The notes beneath the pieces were generated by a model, which did no database searches, was not told the origin of the DNA, and saw only the letters and a list, made by a program, of their open reading frames with translations. Below, piece by piece: positions 33,470-42,828 of a stretch of 64,000 nucleotides of DNA. Every line of letters begins with the position of its first letter. The stretch's first letter is position 1. Position numbers and translations under genes: made by a program. This stretch comes from Escherichia coli (GTDB taxonomy: Bacteria > Pseudomonadota > Gammaproteobacteria > Enterobacterales > Enterobacteriaceae), in the NCBI RefSeq assembly GCF_965641715.1, contig NZ_OZ282453.1, one strand, 5' to 3'.

Positions 33470-35698
33470 TTAAATACTCCCCGCGTTATACCACGTCCCA
33501 TTAATGCAATACTGAATTGGCCTTGCCTGAGTTGTATCAATTAATTCATCACGGTTTCCGTTAACTGAACCCGTAACGACATAACCTGACCTGTCAGACC
33601 AGCCGGGACCATTCCATGTCTGAACAGATGACAGACCGCCAAGGCGAATACCTGTAATAAACCTTGAGTTACATTCTGCCTGCGTGTATGCACCAACATC
33701 TCCCGCAGAGGGTTTGCGGGTCGTGGTGTAAAACTCTGACCAGTTAGCCTCAAATCCATAACCATCACGCGCTGAACGATAAAAAATACCGCCGTTCCTG
33801 TAATTCACGCGGAACTGTACAGCAGGGCAGCTCCCCGTATTCATATTGAAGTGGAGGATTAATGTCGATGCACCGCTGATATCTGCATCATAAACACCGC
33901 TATTCCAGTTCCAGCCAACAGCTTTATCATTTGCAACCCTGCTTCCTGTTTGCCCTAAAGCAAATGCAGGCTGCTGGTTTTTCGTGTTGTAGTCTCTTCG
34001 CCAGCCAGGAGCATAAGCATCACCATGATTAATATAAGTGAATTGAGCGTTAGAGGTGCCGCCTCCGGTGGAAGTGCTTGGTGTTGTTACACGGATGGTC
34101 ATGGCACCTTTATTACCCATAACCTCAATAACGCAACCTGCAAGATGAATAGTTCCACAGCCAGTATCGGTAATAATTTTATTATTGCCGTATGACCATG
34201 AACATTTGCACATCCAGTATGGGTGATTGAATGCCCCTTGAGAATCCAGCCATTCAATCAATTGTGCCGTTGTCCAGTTCCCTGCCCCTGTACTAATAGC
34301 ACTGTGAAAAGCGCGACATGCACCAATATTTTTTGTGAAGGTATCTTTTCCTGGAATATCTGCGCCGTTCTGGTTTTTCTGTAATGCGCCAGAAGCCTGA
34401 TTTACCGTTTCTTGTAAACCGAGGTATTCGATAACGGCAGCAACGGTCGATTTCGCAAGAATATCCCGCCCGACTTTTGTCAGGGTTGCCAGGCTGGCGA
34501 CATCATTCCCCGTAAAATACGGAAACCTGTCTGCCGCAGTAGCAAGCCCGGCCAGCGCCGTCAGGGTGGCATCTTTCGGTTGCTTACCCGCAAGCGCGTT
34601 AGTCATGGTGGTCGCAAAATTCGGGTCGTTTCCCAGCGCCGCCGCTAACTCGTTCAGCGTATTCAGTGCGTCAGGTGACGAATCTACAAGGGCGGCAATC
34701 GCAGCCATAACGAAAGCCGTGCTTGCGATTTGGGTATTATTCGTTCCCTGTCGCGCAGTTGGCGTTGTTGGCGTTCCGGTCAGCGCAGGACTGTTTAAGG
34801 GCGCTTTCTTGTTCGTTTCATCCATTACCGCCTTAACCGCTTTCGATGTCGCGGCCAGTGTTTCAGACGTGCTGTTGGTGGCACTACTGAGCTGGACTAT
34901 CCCTTTTTGTGCCGTCGTGGCGTCCTGAGCGGTATATTTTGCGTTAGCAAGGTCATACGCGGCCTTTACTGCTTTCGGCGTTGCAGCCTGCGTTTCAGAC
35001 GTGCTGTTGGTGGCGCTACTGAGCTGAACTATCCCTTTTCGCGCAGTGGTAGCGTCCTGTGCGGTGTATTTGCCATTAGCCAGGTCATATGCCGCCTTAA
35101 CAGCCTTTGGCGTTGCCGCAAGCGTTTCAGACGTGCTGTTAGTGGCGCTGCTAAGTTGAACAAAGCCTTTTGCGGTCAGCGAGGCGTCCGGGTGACGTCG
35201 TGAGTGTTCATGCTCTTTCAGTTTGTCATCCACGTAATCCACTGTGGCCATTACCATGGTGTTATCCACGGTAAGCGCCACGGTGGCAGTGCTGGATACG
35301 GTCAGAATGGTGCGAAATGTTTGTGCACGTCCTGACCCTTCGGCAACGGTTGGCTTGTAACTTTCGGCAGTATTGCCTACTGCGATTAAATCGCCGTGCT
35401 CATCAAACACACCAATTTCCCGGATCCAGAATCCGCCCGTTTCTGGAGGAATAACCAGCTCCGCAATAATGCGGTTCTGATGTGTTGCGTCCAGGATGAC
35501 GCGATTAACAGTGTGTCGCCACACCTCATGCACCAGACGGGTCTGCTTACTGTCTGGTGTGGGCAACGTGCCGCCACCGTCGCCCACGGCCATATGAGTC
35601 AGGCGGACAGGCTTACCATCTGGCGCGGCTGCCTGAGCTAATTTTTTTGCACCCGTATCGGTGATAACGGTTTTAAATTTTCGTGTTGTGGTACTCAT
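33470..35698 (-). CDS. Tail fibre protein (gpH-like; constant N-part plus currently joined variable C-part)
   Basis: 742-aa ORF with three 44-aa phage tail-fibre repeats ([15 protein letters not shown]..AATPKAVK). The gix site lies inside at codons about 422-431. Confidence 0.92.
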   Translation of the reverse strand: MSTTTRKFKTVITDTGAKKLAQAAAPDGKPVRLTHMAVGDGGGTLPTPDSKQTRLVHEVWRHTVNRVILDATHQNRIIAELVIPPETGGFWIREIGVFDEHGDLIAVGNTAESYKPTVAEGSGRAQTFRTILTVSSTATVALTVDNTMVMATVDYVDDKLKEHEHSRRHPDASLTAKGFVQLSSATNSTSETLAATPKAVKAAYDLANGKYTAQDATTARKGIVQLSSATNSTSETQAATPKAVKAAYDLANAKYTAQDATTAQKGIVQLSSATNSTSETLAATSKAVKAVMDETNKKAPLNSPALTGTPTTPTARQGTNNTQIASTAFVMAAIAALVDSSPDALNTLNELAAALGNDPNFATTMTNALAGKQPKDATLTALAGLATAADRFPYFTGNDVASLATLTKVGRDILAKSTVAAVIEYLGLQETVNQASGALQKNQNGADIPGKDTFTKNIGACRAFHSAISTGAGNWTTAQLIEWLDSQGAFNHPYWMCKCSWSYGNNKIITDTGCGTIHLAGCVIEVMGNKGAMTIRVTTPSTSTGGGTSNAQFTYINHGDAYAPGWRRDYNTKNQQPAFALGQTGSRVANDKAVGWNWNSGVYDADISGASTLILHFNMNTGSCPAVQFRVNYRNGGIFYRSARDGYGFEANWSEFYTTTRKPSAGDVGAYTQAECNSRFITGIRLGGLSSVQTWNGPGWSDRSGYVVTGSVNGNRDELIDTTQARPIQYCINGTWYNAGSI
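34405..34434. repeat. gix/cix-like crossover site inside the tail-fibre gene
   Basis: CCGTTTCTTGTAAACCGAGGTATTCGATAA, which encodes IEYLGLQET on the minus strand. Confidence 0.85.
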
Positions 35699-35700
35699 GC

Positions 35701-36231
35701 TTAATCGTCCGGATAAATGGTAATGACTTCACCGTCGTAAGTTGCTGCCGCCGCGAAAATATCTCCCGGGATCTCCTGAATGATATTCAGCCCTGTCATG
35801 TGGCGGCTGACCGGGCGGGCATCAGCAATCAACCGCTCCATTTCCAGATACATTTCCTCCGTCACGCCACTGTCCAGCGTGCCGACTTCAACGGTAAATG
35901 TTCCCGGTTCTCCGTCGAACTCCCACCACTCAGACACGCGAATGAGGTATCCCAGCGGCTCAATGGCCCGGCGCAGTGCGCTGATGGTCCCTTTGTGTCG
36001 GTGTATCAGCCATGCATCACGAATCACCTGTCGCTTTGTCTCTTCCGGCCAGTTGCGATCCCAGCGGTCAACGGAAAATGCCCAGGCGAGATAAGGCAGC
36101 AAATGCACCGGGCAGGTGTCCGGTGACCACAGCGTGTTGAGGTCTACCGGGATGTCTGTAATGCGCGCTCCGACAGCTTCGGCGCAACGCATGAAACGGC
36201 TGGCTGATGGCGGTAACAGTGAATTACTCAT
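35701..36231 (-). CDS. Baseplate protein gpI-like
   Basis: 176 aa from MSNSLLPPSAS (the same length as P2 gpI). The start is embedded in the gpJ stop region (AATGAGTAA). Confidence 0.85.
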   Translation of the reverse strand: MSNSLLPPSASRFMRCAEAVGARITDIPVDLNTLWSPDTCPVHLLPYLAWAFSVDRWDRNWPEETKRQVIRDAWLIHRHKGTISALRRAIEPLGYLIRVSEWWEFDGEPGTFTVEVGTLDSGVTEEMYLEMERLIADARPVSRHMTGLNIIQEIPGDIFAAAATYDGEVITIYPDD

Positions 36232-37120
36232 TGCGCCCACCTTCGCTGATGGTGAATGACTCACAGCGCGCCGCCTGTATGTCGCTGATGGCCAGATTCT
36301 GTGTGGGTTCGATTATCTCCACGCGTTGCACACCGTGCACATGCAGTGCGGCAGCAATGGCGGACAACGCCACGTCCTGACCGATAAGCCCCTGCTCAGC
36401 CAGCCACTTCCTGAACGACGATTCAGCCGCCGCCAGAATAGGTTCGGATTCCGGGCCGGGGTAAAAGTACAGTTTTGCATTCAGCCGCCATGTCACGATT
36501 CTGGCACTCTGTACGGTCAGGCGGTCGGCCACCGGGCGGGTATCCTCTGCATTCAGAACGGCGCGAACGGTATTAAGCAACGCCTCCGTTGCTGTGCCGT
36601 CGCCCTCAGTGGACAGGATGGAAACCGTCACGTTGGCCGGAGACGGGCTGATGGCCCGCGCATCGCGCACCAGACCGCTGGCGCTGCGTGCAAAATACTC
36701 GTATGCGCCTGACGGGCCAGCAACACTCAGACCATCATACGCCCGTTGCGCCCGCAGTCTCAGCGAGGTGTCGCTCTCCATCACCGCGTCGGTGGTATCC
36801 GTTGCCGGAGTGATAACCAGGCGCTTTGTGTTCATATTGCCCGCGAGGTTGTCCAGGTCTGTTCCGGTGCTGTGGCTCAACATGCAGGCGCGTGCGCCCT
36901 CGTTAACCCGCTGGCGTAACAGCATTTCACGAAACGACATGGTTTGAGCGATAACGTTCAGGGGTTCCGATTCCAGCTCCAGCGCGGCGGAGACGGCTTC
37001 ACGCTGTTCGGCGGGATAAGCCGCAATCATCATGGCCTTTGTGTCAGCCAGAATTGCTTCAAAGTCAGGCTCCGCGATGATGGCGGGTTCCGGTAACTGG
37101 GAAAGGTCAACGGCAGGCAT
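36224..37120 (-). CDS. Baseplate wedge protein gpJ-like
   Basis: 298-aa ORF with P2 order W-J-I. Confidence 0.85.
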   Translation of the reverse strand: MPAVDLSQLPEPAIIAEPDFEAILADTKAMMIAAYPAEQREAVSAALELESEPLNVIAQTMSFREMLLRQRVNEGARACMLSHSTGTDLDNLAGNMNTKRLVITPATDTTDAVMESDTSLRLRAQRAYDGLSVAGPSGAYEYFARSASGLVRDARAISPSPANVTVSILSTEGDGTATEALLNTVRAVLNAEDTRPVADRLTVQSARIVTWRLNAKLYFYPGPESEPILAAAESSFRKWLAEQGLIGQDVALSAIAAALHVHGVQRVEIIEPTQNLAISDIQAARCESFTISEGGRNE

Positions 37121-37123
37121 GAT

Positions 37124-37474
37124 TTACTCCCTCAGCGTGATGGTTAATTCAACATTCTGCATGGTCTGCATGACAGTACCCGACAGCGTCACCCCGGCGC
37201 GGCCTCCTGCTTTCCAGACAACGTCGATGGCATCCAGGGCAATGCGGGGTTCCCATCGCGTCAGTGCAATCACGGCAGCACTCATGCATTGCAGACGCGT
37301 GGTGTTATTCATGGGTTCGTCAATTAAATCAGGCACAAGGCTGCCATATTCCCGTCGCATAACCCGGCTTGCCAGCGGGGTGATCAGGATGTCCCTGACT
37401 GACTGTTTCAGGTGCTCCATATCGTTCAGGTTTCCCGTCCCGTCCGGGTTCATTCCTGTGTAGCGGGTTGTCAC
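37124..37474 (-). CDS. Baseplate protein gpW-like (GPW/gp25 family)
   Basis: 116-aa ORF with sequence typical of the family (LKQSVRDILITPLASRVMRREYGS). Confidence 0.87.
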   Translation of the reverse strand: MTTRYTGMNPDGTGNLNDMEHLKQSVRDILITPLASRVMRREYGSLVPDLIDEPMNNTTRLQCMSAAVIALTRWEPRIALDAIDVVWKAGGRAGVTLSGTVMQTMQNVELTITLRE

Positions 37475-38052
37475 TGCGGGCCTCCTGTCGAATCGCTGCC
37501 ACCTTTAACGCCACCGTGTTTATGCGTATGCACTGTGATGCCGTTTGAGGTGAAATCGCCGCCGCTGTGCGTGATATTGCCGCTCATCTTTCCCCCTTTT
37601 GTGACGTCAAGCGTCGCTGTTCTCAGAAGGTCTGTGCATTCCACGACAGGCGTGTCCAGTGTCACACTGACGGATGCCTGCAGGGTGGCCGTTTTCATGC
37701 CGCTGGCGCTCAGTGCGCCTGCGTCTGCGTCGTAGCGGAACACCGCGCCATCCGGCGCGCTGACCACGATTTCTTTCAGGCTTTTGCCTGGGGCCGGAAT
37801 GGCATCACTCCACAGGCTGCCAATTATCATGGCGGTTTCCGGGTTGCCGCCAATGCAGGCAATGACCACCTGTTCGCCTGGTGATGGCGGCAGCCACACA
37901 TTGAAGGCTCCCGCGCGCGTGGTGTTCCAGCGCAACCAGCCTGTTTCCAGTTCGCCGCTGCGAACGCGCACGCGCCAGGACTTCTCATCAACTTCAGAGA
38001 TGATCCCGGTGCGGATGATATTGCTCAGTAGCCGCATGAGTTCTGCGCTCAC
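37471..38052 (-). CDS. Baseplate central spike gpV-like
   Basis: 193-aa ORF starting MSAELMRLLSNIIRTGIISEVD, with a C-terminal HTHKHGG metal-binding apex. Confidence 0.87.
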   Translation of the reverse strand: MSAELMRLLSNIIRTGIISEVDEKSWRVRVRSGELETGWLRWNTTRAGAFNVWLPPSPGEQVVIACIGGNPETAMIIGSLWSDAIPAPGKSLKEIVVSAPDGAVFRYDADAGALSASGMKTATLQASVSVTLDTPVVECTDLLRTATLDVTKGGKMSGNITHSGGDFTSNGITVHTHKHGGVKGGSDSTGGPQ

Positions 38053-38693
38053 CGTACAGCCTCCGCAATCCGGCCCAGCACCGTGTTATAAATCAGGCGC
38101 TCATCTGCCTGGCTGATACCCAGCAGCTCACGTACCGGGTAATCGGTGAAAATGCCCGGCGCAACCTGATCGCGCTCACCGAACTGATGAACGCGTGCAA
38201 TACGTGCGGCCACGCCGCTGTAACCCACCGTCACACCGGAAGCATCTGCACGGGCTTTCAGGTAGCGGGCGGTGCGCAGTTTTACGAACATGGGGACGCG
38301 CCTGGTGCTGTCCTGGTTGATGCGCCGGGTGCGTATTTCCAGAAAGCGGTCGATGTCATCCCGGTAAAACGTGCGGATGCTGTTTTTATCCTCATCCCAC
38401 CCGGTGATGGTTCGCCCGTATTTCCCCGTGTCGTGATGCCAGTTTTTCAGCGTGCGTGCTTCGTTATTCCAGATAAAGCGAATGCGCTCCTGTATCCGGG
38501 TTACGCGGCGTCTGCGTGGTGTCCATGCGGTCCCGTCCGGCGCTTTCTGTGACCGGATGCGCGCCTGCTGGGCGCGGCGTAAATCCTGTGCCAGCTTTCT
38601 GGCGATGTTATTGATGGCCTGCTGATTCAGGCTGTCGCGGATGGCCTCAAAGGTTTCATCCACGCGGGTGAATGCCTTATCCATCGCTTTCAC
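38049..38693 (-). CDS. Virion/tail completion protein gpS-like (longer than P2 gpS)
   Basis: 214-aa ORF between R and V. Confidence 0.75.
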   Translation of the reverse strand: MKAMDKAFTRVDETFEAIRDSLNQQAINNIARKLAQDLRRAQQARIRSQKAPDGTAWTPRRRRVTRIQERIRFIWNNEARTLKNWHHDTGKYGRTITGWDEDKNSIRTFYRDDIDRFLEIRTRRINQDSTRRVPMFVKLRTARYLKARADASGVTVGYSGVAARIARVHQFGERDQVAPGIFTDYPVRELLGISQADERLIYNTVLGRIAEAVR

Positions 38694-39144
38694 CCCACGT
38701 CACATCCTGGAATACATGCGACCAGTCGCCTTCGGAGGAGGGCAGGCGGGGTTTTGGCTCCGGCAGGTGTTCTGCCTGCGGTGTCCCCTGACTGTTGCGC
38801 GTGATGCGAACGCGTTCCCGCAGGGGGAGCGTAAACAGGAGATCGGCGCTGTCATCGTCATTGATAACGGCGGAAAATTTGATGTCCTGATTACACTCCG
38901 GATTAAGCAACAACTGTGGCTGATTTTCGGATAACCACGCCAGCAGCGGCAGCGTGAGGTCGTCCAGCTCTCCGGCGTAATCCATGACAAACATCACCAT
39001 CTGATAGCGGTAAACAAACGAGGGCGTTTCTCCGGTCGTTTCAATGTTGCCGCTCTCCACGAAAATGGTGAATTTTTCCGGGTTGGCCTGACACCATCGG
39101 CATGAACGGGTCATGGCTTCACGCAGGGAATCAGTTTTCAGCAT
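38677..39144 (-). CDS. Tail completion protein gpR-like
   Basis: 155 aa starting MLKTDSLREAMT..., which parallels P2 gpR (MLKPDSLRRALT...) at the same length. Confidence 0.85.
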   Translation of the reverse strand: MLKTDSLREAMTRSCRWCQANPEKFTIFVESGNIETTGETPSFVYRYQMVMFVMDYAGELDDLTLPLLAWLSENQPQLLLNPECNQDIKFSAVINDDDSADLLFTLPLRERVRITRNSQGTPQAEHLPEPKPRLPSSEGDWSHVFQDVTWGESDG

Positions 39145-39184
39145 GGTTGTTGTCCTCGTTATTCACTTGTTGCAGTTCATGAGG

Positions 39185-39730
39185 TTACAGGGCTACACGT
39201 TCTTTCATCCAGCCATAGACAAACGACTCGTTAGCCTCGCGTTTCTCTGCCAGCTCCAGATAGCGTTCGCCCTGCGTACAGTTCATTGCAGACAACATCA
39301 CCATCTCGCCGTCCCGACCGCGTTTTTCCAGATATGCACGCAATGCGTTAATCGTGCGTGGGCCAGTGCGTCCGTCCGTGTCCATATCGGGATACAGTTT
39401 CCCGCCCTGATTGAATACGTTCAGCCAGCGCTGAAGCATTCTGGTTGCCACAGACGGCCCCATATTTACTCCGGTGTCACACAGTTCTGCGGCAATATCC
39501 GGGGACAGCTTCGCTATCTGATCAAAACGCGGTCCGTACCAGTAATCAGCTTCAAGGATTTCCAGTGCCTGTCCGCGAGTTAAATCACGCATATCGCCAC
39601 GGTATCCGTGCGCCCGTGCCACCTTTTCAGTGATGCCCCATTTTGTCGGACCGCCTCTGTCATCCGGGTGATTGACGTAGCCGCCTTCTTTGCCAAGAAC
39701 GACATCAAAAATTTCGTCTTTCGATTTCAT
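39185..39730 (-). CDS. Endolysin, GH108-type N-terminal domain plus peptidoglycan-binding C-terminal domain
   Basis: 181-aa ORF. EGGYVNHPDDRGGPTKWGIT is the GH108 signature. Confidence 0.85.
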   Translation of the reverse strand: MKSKDEIFDVVLGKEGGYVNHPDDRGGPTKWGITEKVARAHGYRGDMRDLTRGQALEILEADYWYGPRFDQIAKLSPDIAAELCDTGVNMGPSVATRMLQRWLNVFNQGGKLYPDMDTDGRTGPRTINALRAYLEKRGRDGEMVMLSAMNCTQGERYLELAEKREANESFVYGWMKERVAL

Positions 39731-39784
39731 TTCGTCACCTCTGTGAATGATTTTTATGGTGATTACCGGCTTTAAGCCTGCGAC

Positions 39785-40108
39785 TTATTCATCTCCCTTT
39801 TGGGTTATGCGGTTAAAGGCGGCAATGATCTTGTCGCGTGCTTTTTCTGCGCCCATAAAACCGATAGATGCGCCGAAAAACGTCACGGCATCTTCAGGAA
39901 CTCCGAAGAAGCGCAACGACCCGGCCACGGCCATGGCAAGAACGCCGCACGCCAGCGATCCCGTTACGGTCTGAACCAGCGTTCGTCCGTCATAAAGACT
40001 CATCAGCGCGGAAATGCTGACTGCCGCGCCTGCTGCATACACCGTTGGCAGGTGGTCAAAGAGCCACGCAATAACCTGCTCTGTGATCCCTGTTTGAATA
40101 GTGCTCAC
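39785..40108 (-). CDS. Holin
   Basis: GTG start after GGGGGGAG gives MSTIQTGITEQVIAWLF... (107 aa) with 2-3 TM helices and a charged C-terminus. It lies between gpX and the endolysin. The 180-aa track ORF is an over-extension overlapping gpX. Confidence 0.75.
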   Translation of the reverse strand: MSTIQTGITEQVIAWLFDHLPTVYAAGAAVSISALMSLYDGRTLVQTVTGSLACGVLAMAVAGSLRFFGVPEDAVTFFGASIGFMGAEKARDKIIAAFNRITQKGDE

Positions 40109-40110
40109 TA

Positions 40111-40317
40111 CTACTCCCCCCACAACTGAATCATTTCTCGTTTCTTCTTCTCCGGCTCCGGCATCTCCACGTCCTGCCCGGGGTCCAGAAATACCTGCTG
40201 ACAGAGTCCGGGGTTGGCATCCAGCACCTTTTCGGTGACGCCCTGCGTCGTGCCGTAGTACCGGAAACAGAGCGAATCCACGGTGTCGCCTTCCAGTGCC
40301 TTCACTTTCATCAGCAC
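40111..40317 (-). CDS. Tail protein gpX-like (LysM-like)
   Basis: 68-aa ORF MLMKVKALEGDTVDSLCFRYYG..., with P2 gpX position and size. Confidence 0.85.
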   Translation of the reverse strand: MLMKVKALEGDTVDSLCFRYYGTTQGVTEKVLDANPGLCQQVFLDPGQDVEMPEPEKKKREMIQLWGE

Positions 40318-40814
40318 AACTCCGCAAAGATTCGCGGTCGTCCCAGAATGTCAGAGATGGCCCAGCTCACATCGCGCCACAAATCCGATGTCTGTATATC
40401 CAGTGCGTCCGCCCGGCGGTCGCCCTTATCCGTTGTGTCCGCATCGCGGTAACGCTCCAGAATCAGGGCGCGTGTGGCGGTATAAACGGCATTGCGCCAG
40501 TGCCAGAGATTGACGCTTTCTCCGTTAATTACGGGTGCCGGAACATCGGCCAGCGTCTGGTGGCCAGCCGCCTGCTGTTCCTGCTGCCACGCTTCCAGCT
40601 CGCGGGTAACGTGTGCCACGGCCCCGGTGGCGGTATGCAGCAGGCGGGAGGTGGTCACACGGCCCGGCAGTCGTATCGCCAGACGCAGCTCACGCAGCAC
40701 AATATCCGGCCAGAATGCGCCCGCTGAAATACGGGTATCACCATCATCGGTATCGGTGATGTCGTCCTCTGCGGGGCCGGGGTTGGTTCTGGCAACCATA
40801 CTCATGGGGTTCAC
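40311..40814 (-). CDS. Head completion/stabilisation protein gpL-like
   Basis: 167-aa ORF following M, as in P2. Confidence 0.82.
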   Translation of the reverse strand: MNPMSMVARTNPGPAEDDITDTDDGDTRISAGAFWPDIVLRELRLAIRLPGRVTTSRLLHTATGAVAHVTRELEAWQQEQQAAGHQTLADVPAPVINGESVNLWHWRNAVYTATRALILERYRDADTTDKGDRRADALDIQTSDLWRDVSWAISDILGRPRIFAELC

Positions 40815-40820
40815 TCCTGA

Positions 40821-40890
40821 AAAAATCGGGCGGTGGGTGCGCGGTGTAAACGGTCACGGAGTCAAACCGGAACACCGTGCACGCCGCCCG
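40821..40890 (-). terminator. Long imperfect hairpin + U6 between gpM and gpL (possible attenuator)
   Basis: On the minus-strand RNA, CGGGCGG...GUGCACGGUG...CACCGCGCAC...CCGCCCG is followed by AUUUUUU. Confidence 0.4.
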
Positions 40891-40906
40891 CTGACGGGGT
40901 CAGTCG

Positions 40907-41707
40907 TTAAACGCGCTTCGCCTTCTGCGTCGCGGTGGTTTTTCGTGTTGCAGGCTTCCGCGTTGTCTTTTTACTTTTGCTGCTTTCGTCCTGCGCCTGC
41001 TGTGCGCTGGCGTCATCTGGGGCGGCTGCGGAATCGGCTTTTTTCAGGGCGCGGGAAAGGGTTGCAATCTCGCGTTTCACACCTGCGTTCGGGTTCAGGT
41101 GCATCGCTTCGCGCAGCAGCTTCAGTGACAGGGCCATGCTGTCCGCATCGCTCAGGCCACGGCGGGCAAAGGCGCACGCCTTGCATAATTTGGCGCGTAC
41201 TTCGTCCGGCATATCCTGGTCGGTGACAATCTCCCGGAGGGTGTCCAGTGGTTCGATAAAGGCGGACAAATCCGCGTCGGCATCCGTCCCGGCCTGCGTC
41301 AGTACCGGGTTGCAGATTTCTTCGGTCAGCACTGTGGCAGCAGTACGGCCAAAGTTATCCGGCATGATGAGGTTGTGACGGACCACATACGCACCAATAC
41401 GCAATGCCAGCGGAAGATCGCCACAGTCAATCGCCCACACCATCAGCGTGGCAATCACCTCATCCTGCTGCCCGCCGTCAGCCTCCAGCGTTCCTTCAAT
41501 CCAGCCAGAAAAGTCCGGTAACAACTCTTTTTTGATGGCGGCTTTGGCGCTTCTGGCCTGTACGCCCTTAAGTCGGGCCTGTGCCAGACGCAGACGATAC
41601 AGCACCTCTTCATGCGCGGTACGTGCGGCGTGATCCACGCCTTCATTCGCCCGGCCTGCGCGCTGCGCCATCACGTTCTGCCAGTGTTGCTGTGCAGGGG
41701 TAATCAT
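40907..41707 (-). CDS. Terminase small/endonuclease subunit gpM-like
   Basis: 266-aa ORF between N and L, with a basic C-terminal tail. Confidence 0.82.
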   Translation of the reverse strand: MITPAQQHWQNVMAQRAGRANEGVDHAARTAHEEVLYRLRLAQARLKGVQARSAKAAIKKELLPDFSGWIEGTLEADGGQQDEVIATLMVWAIDCGDLPLALRIGAYVVRHNLIMPDNFGRTAATVLTEEICNPVLTQAGTDADADLSAFIEPLDTLREIVTDQDMPDEVRAKLCKACAFARRGLSDADSMALSLKLLREAMHLNPNAGVKREIATLSRALKKADSAAAPDDASAQQAQDESSKSKKTTRKPATRKTTATQKAKRV

Positions 41708-41752
41708 TCTTTCTCTCCGTTACAGGCGGGCATGATGCCCGCCGTGAGTTGA

Positions 41753-42805
41753 TTAGCTGTCGGCGAACTTCAGGCCAGTGACCATCGCGCACTTGCCATA
41801 GTCTTCAACGACATAAGCGTCATTGATGGACTGGTAAGTGGCGATGCGGTTGTATTCCGGCTCGTCTTTCATCAGGCGACGCATTGAGCCTCTCTGCCAG
41901 TAAATTGACAGGTTGTTGAATGAGGTAATCAGCATCGTTGCATCCGGGAAGAACGGCGCAAGGAATACATCCAGCCCGCCAATGGTGCGCGATGACAGGA
42001 TGAGCTGTCCGGCGAGTAATTCCGCATTGGGATTCTGGCCGCTGATGCTGTTCAGAACGGGCAGACGCAGCGAGTTAAACAGGTTGCGCCCCATAATCAC
42101 CACGAGGTCGTCTGCTTCCTTGTGCCATTCATCCAGCAGGGATGAGCGCGCGTCCTGTACGAGTGCATCAGCGTTCGCATACTTACCCGCGTGCGCCACG
42201 GTGTTGTCCATGTTGCGGGAAGTCAGCGTCACGTCATTCATTACGCGTTCACTGGCATCGGTTCTGATGTGCTCCAGCCAGCCCACGTTAACGTCCTGAA
42301 GCAGCTTGTTGGTGCTGAAATTGGATTTTTCCGCGTGTGATGTGCCGTTAAAGCCGATCATGATGCGGTCAAGCGCCACCTGCCGGGCAATCTGTGTGCT
42401 GATGCGCGACTGAAAATCGCTGTGAGCCGCCCAGGCATCAAGCTTCGGATACGAAATAAAGGTGTCGTAGTTCACCTGTTCACACTGGTACTGACGAGCC
42501 TTCATATCGACAGCGTTAATCGGATTACGGCGATCTGTGCCGTCATAACTGGTATTCGTGCGCGCAATCGGCCCGGTGGTGTCCAGGAGAACTTTTTCGC
42601 CTTTCTGGTCAGTTACACCGATTACGTTAATTCTTTTCGTAAATTCGGTACTTTCCTTTGAAGCGTTTTCAAAACGCTGTTGTACCGATGGATTGACGGT
42701 AAATCGCGATACCAGCGCAGAAACCGGGATATTGTTAAGCGACGCCTGCTGCGTCATGTAGCAGCCCAGCTTGTTACGGGCATTATCTGACATCACCAGA
42801 TTCAT
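41753..42805 (-). CDS. Major capsid protein gpN-like
   Basis: 350-aa ORF collinear with remembered P2 gpN (FTVNPSV.Q, GFNG, VGWL, L.IYW/YY, VEDY). Confidence 0.92.
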   Translation of the reverse strand: MNLVMSDNARNKLGCYMTQQASLNNIPVSALVSRFTVNPSVQQRFENASKESTEFTKRINVIGVTDQKGEKVLLDTTGPIARTNTSYDGTDRRNPINAVDMKARQYQCEQVNYDTFISYPKLDAWAAHSDFQSRISTQIARQVALDRIMIGFNGTSHAEKSNFSTNKLLQDVNVGWLEHIRTDASERVMNDVTLTSRNMDNTVAHAGKYANADALVQDARSSLLDEWHKEADDLVVIMGRNLFNSLRLPVLNSISGQNPNAELLAGQLILSSRTIGGLDVFLAPFFPDATMLITSFNNLSIYWQRGSMRRLMKDEPEYNRIATYQSINDAYVVEDYGKCAMVTGLKFADS

Positions 42806-42828
42806 AAAAATTTTGCTCCTTTGTCTTA

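Larger units (their letters stand above)
31344..34434. mobile_element. Invertible tail-fibre (G-segment-like) cassette, about 3.1 kb
   Basis: It is flanked by inverted gix-like sites and contains two opposed sets of tail-fibre C-terminus plus assembly chaperone. The invertase gene is adjacent. Confidence 0.88.

Noticed and set aside
40109-40327. Upstream part of the 180-aa ORF containing the holin
   Set aside because: It overlaps the gpX gene in another frame. A GTG with a GGGGGGAG RBS at 40108 gives a typical 107-aa holin.
40492-41226. 244-aa plus-strand ORF across gpL/gpM
   Set aside because: It is antisense to conserved capsid-module genes and has a low-complexity Arg/Ser/Pro-rich translation.
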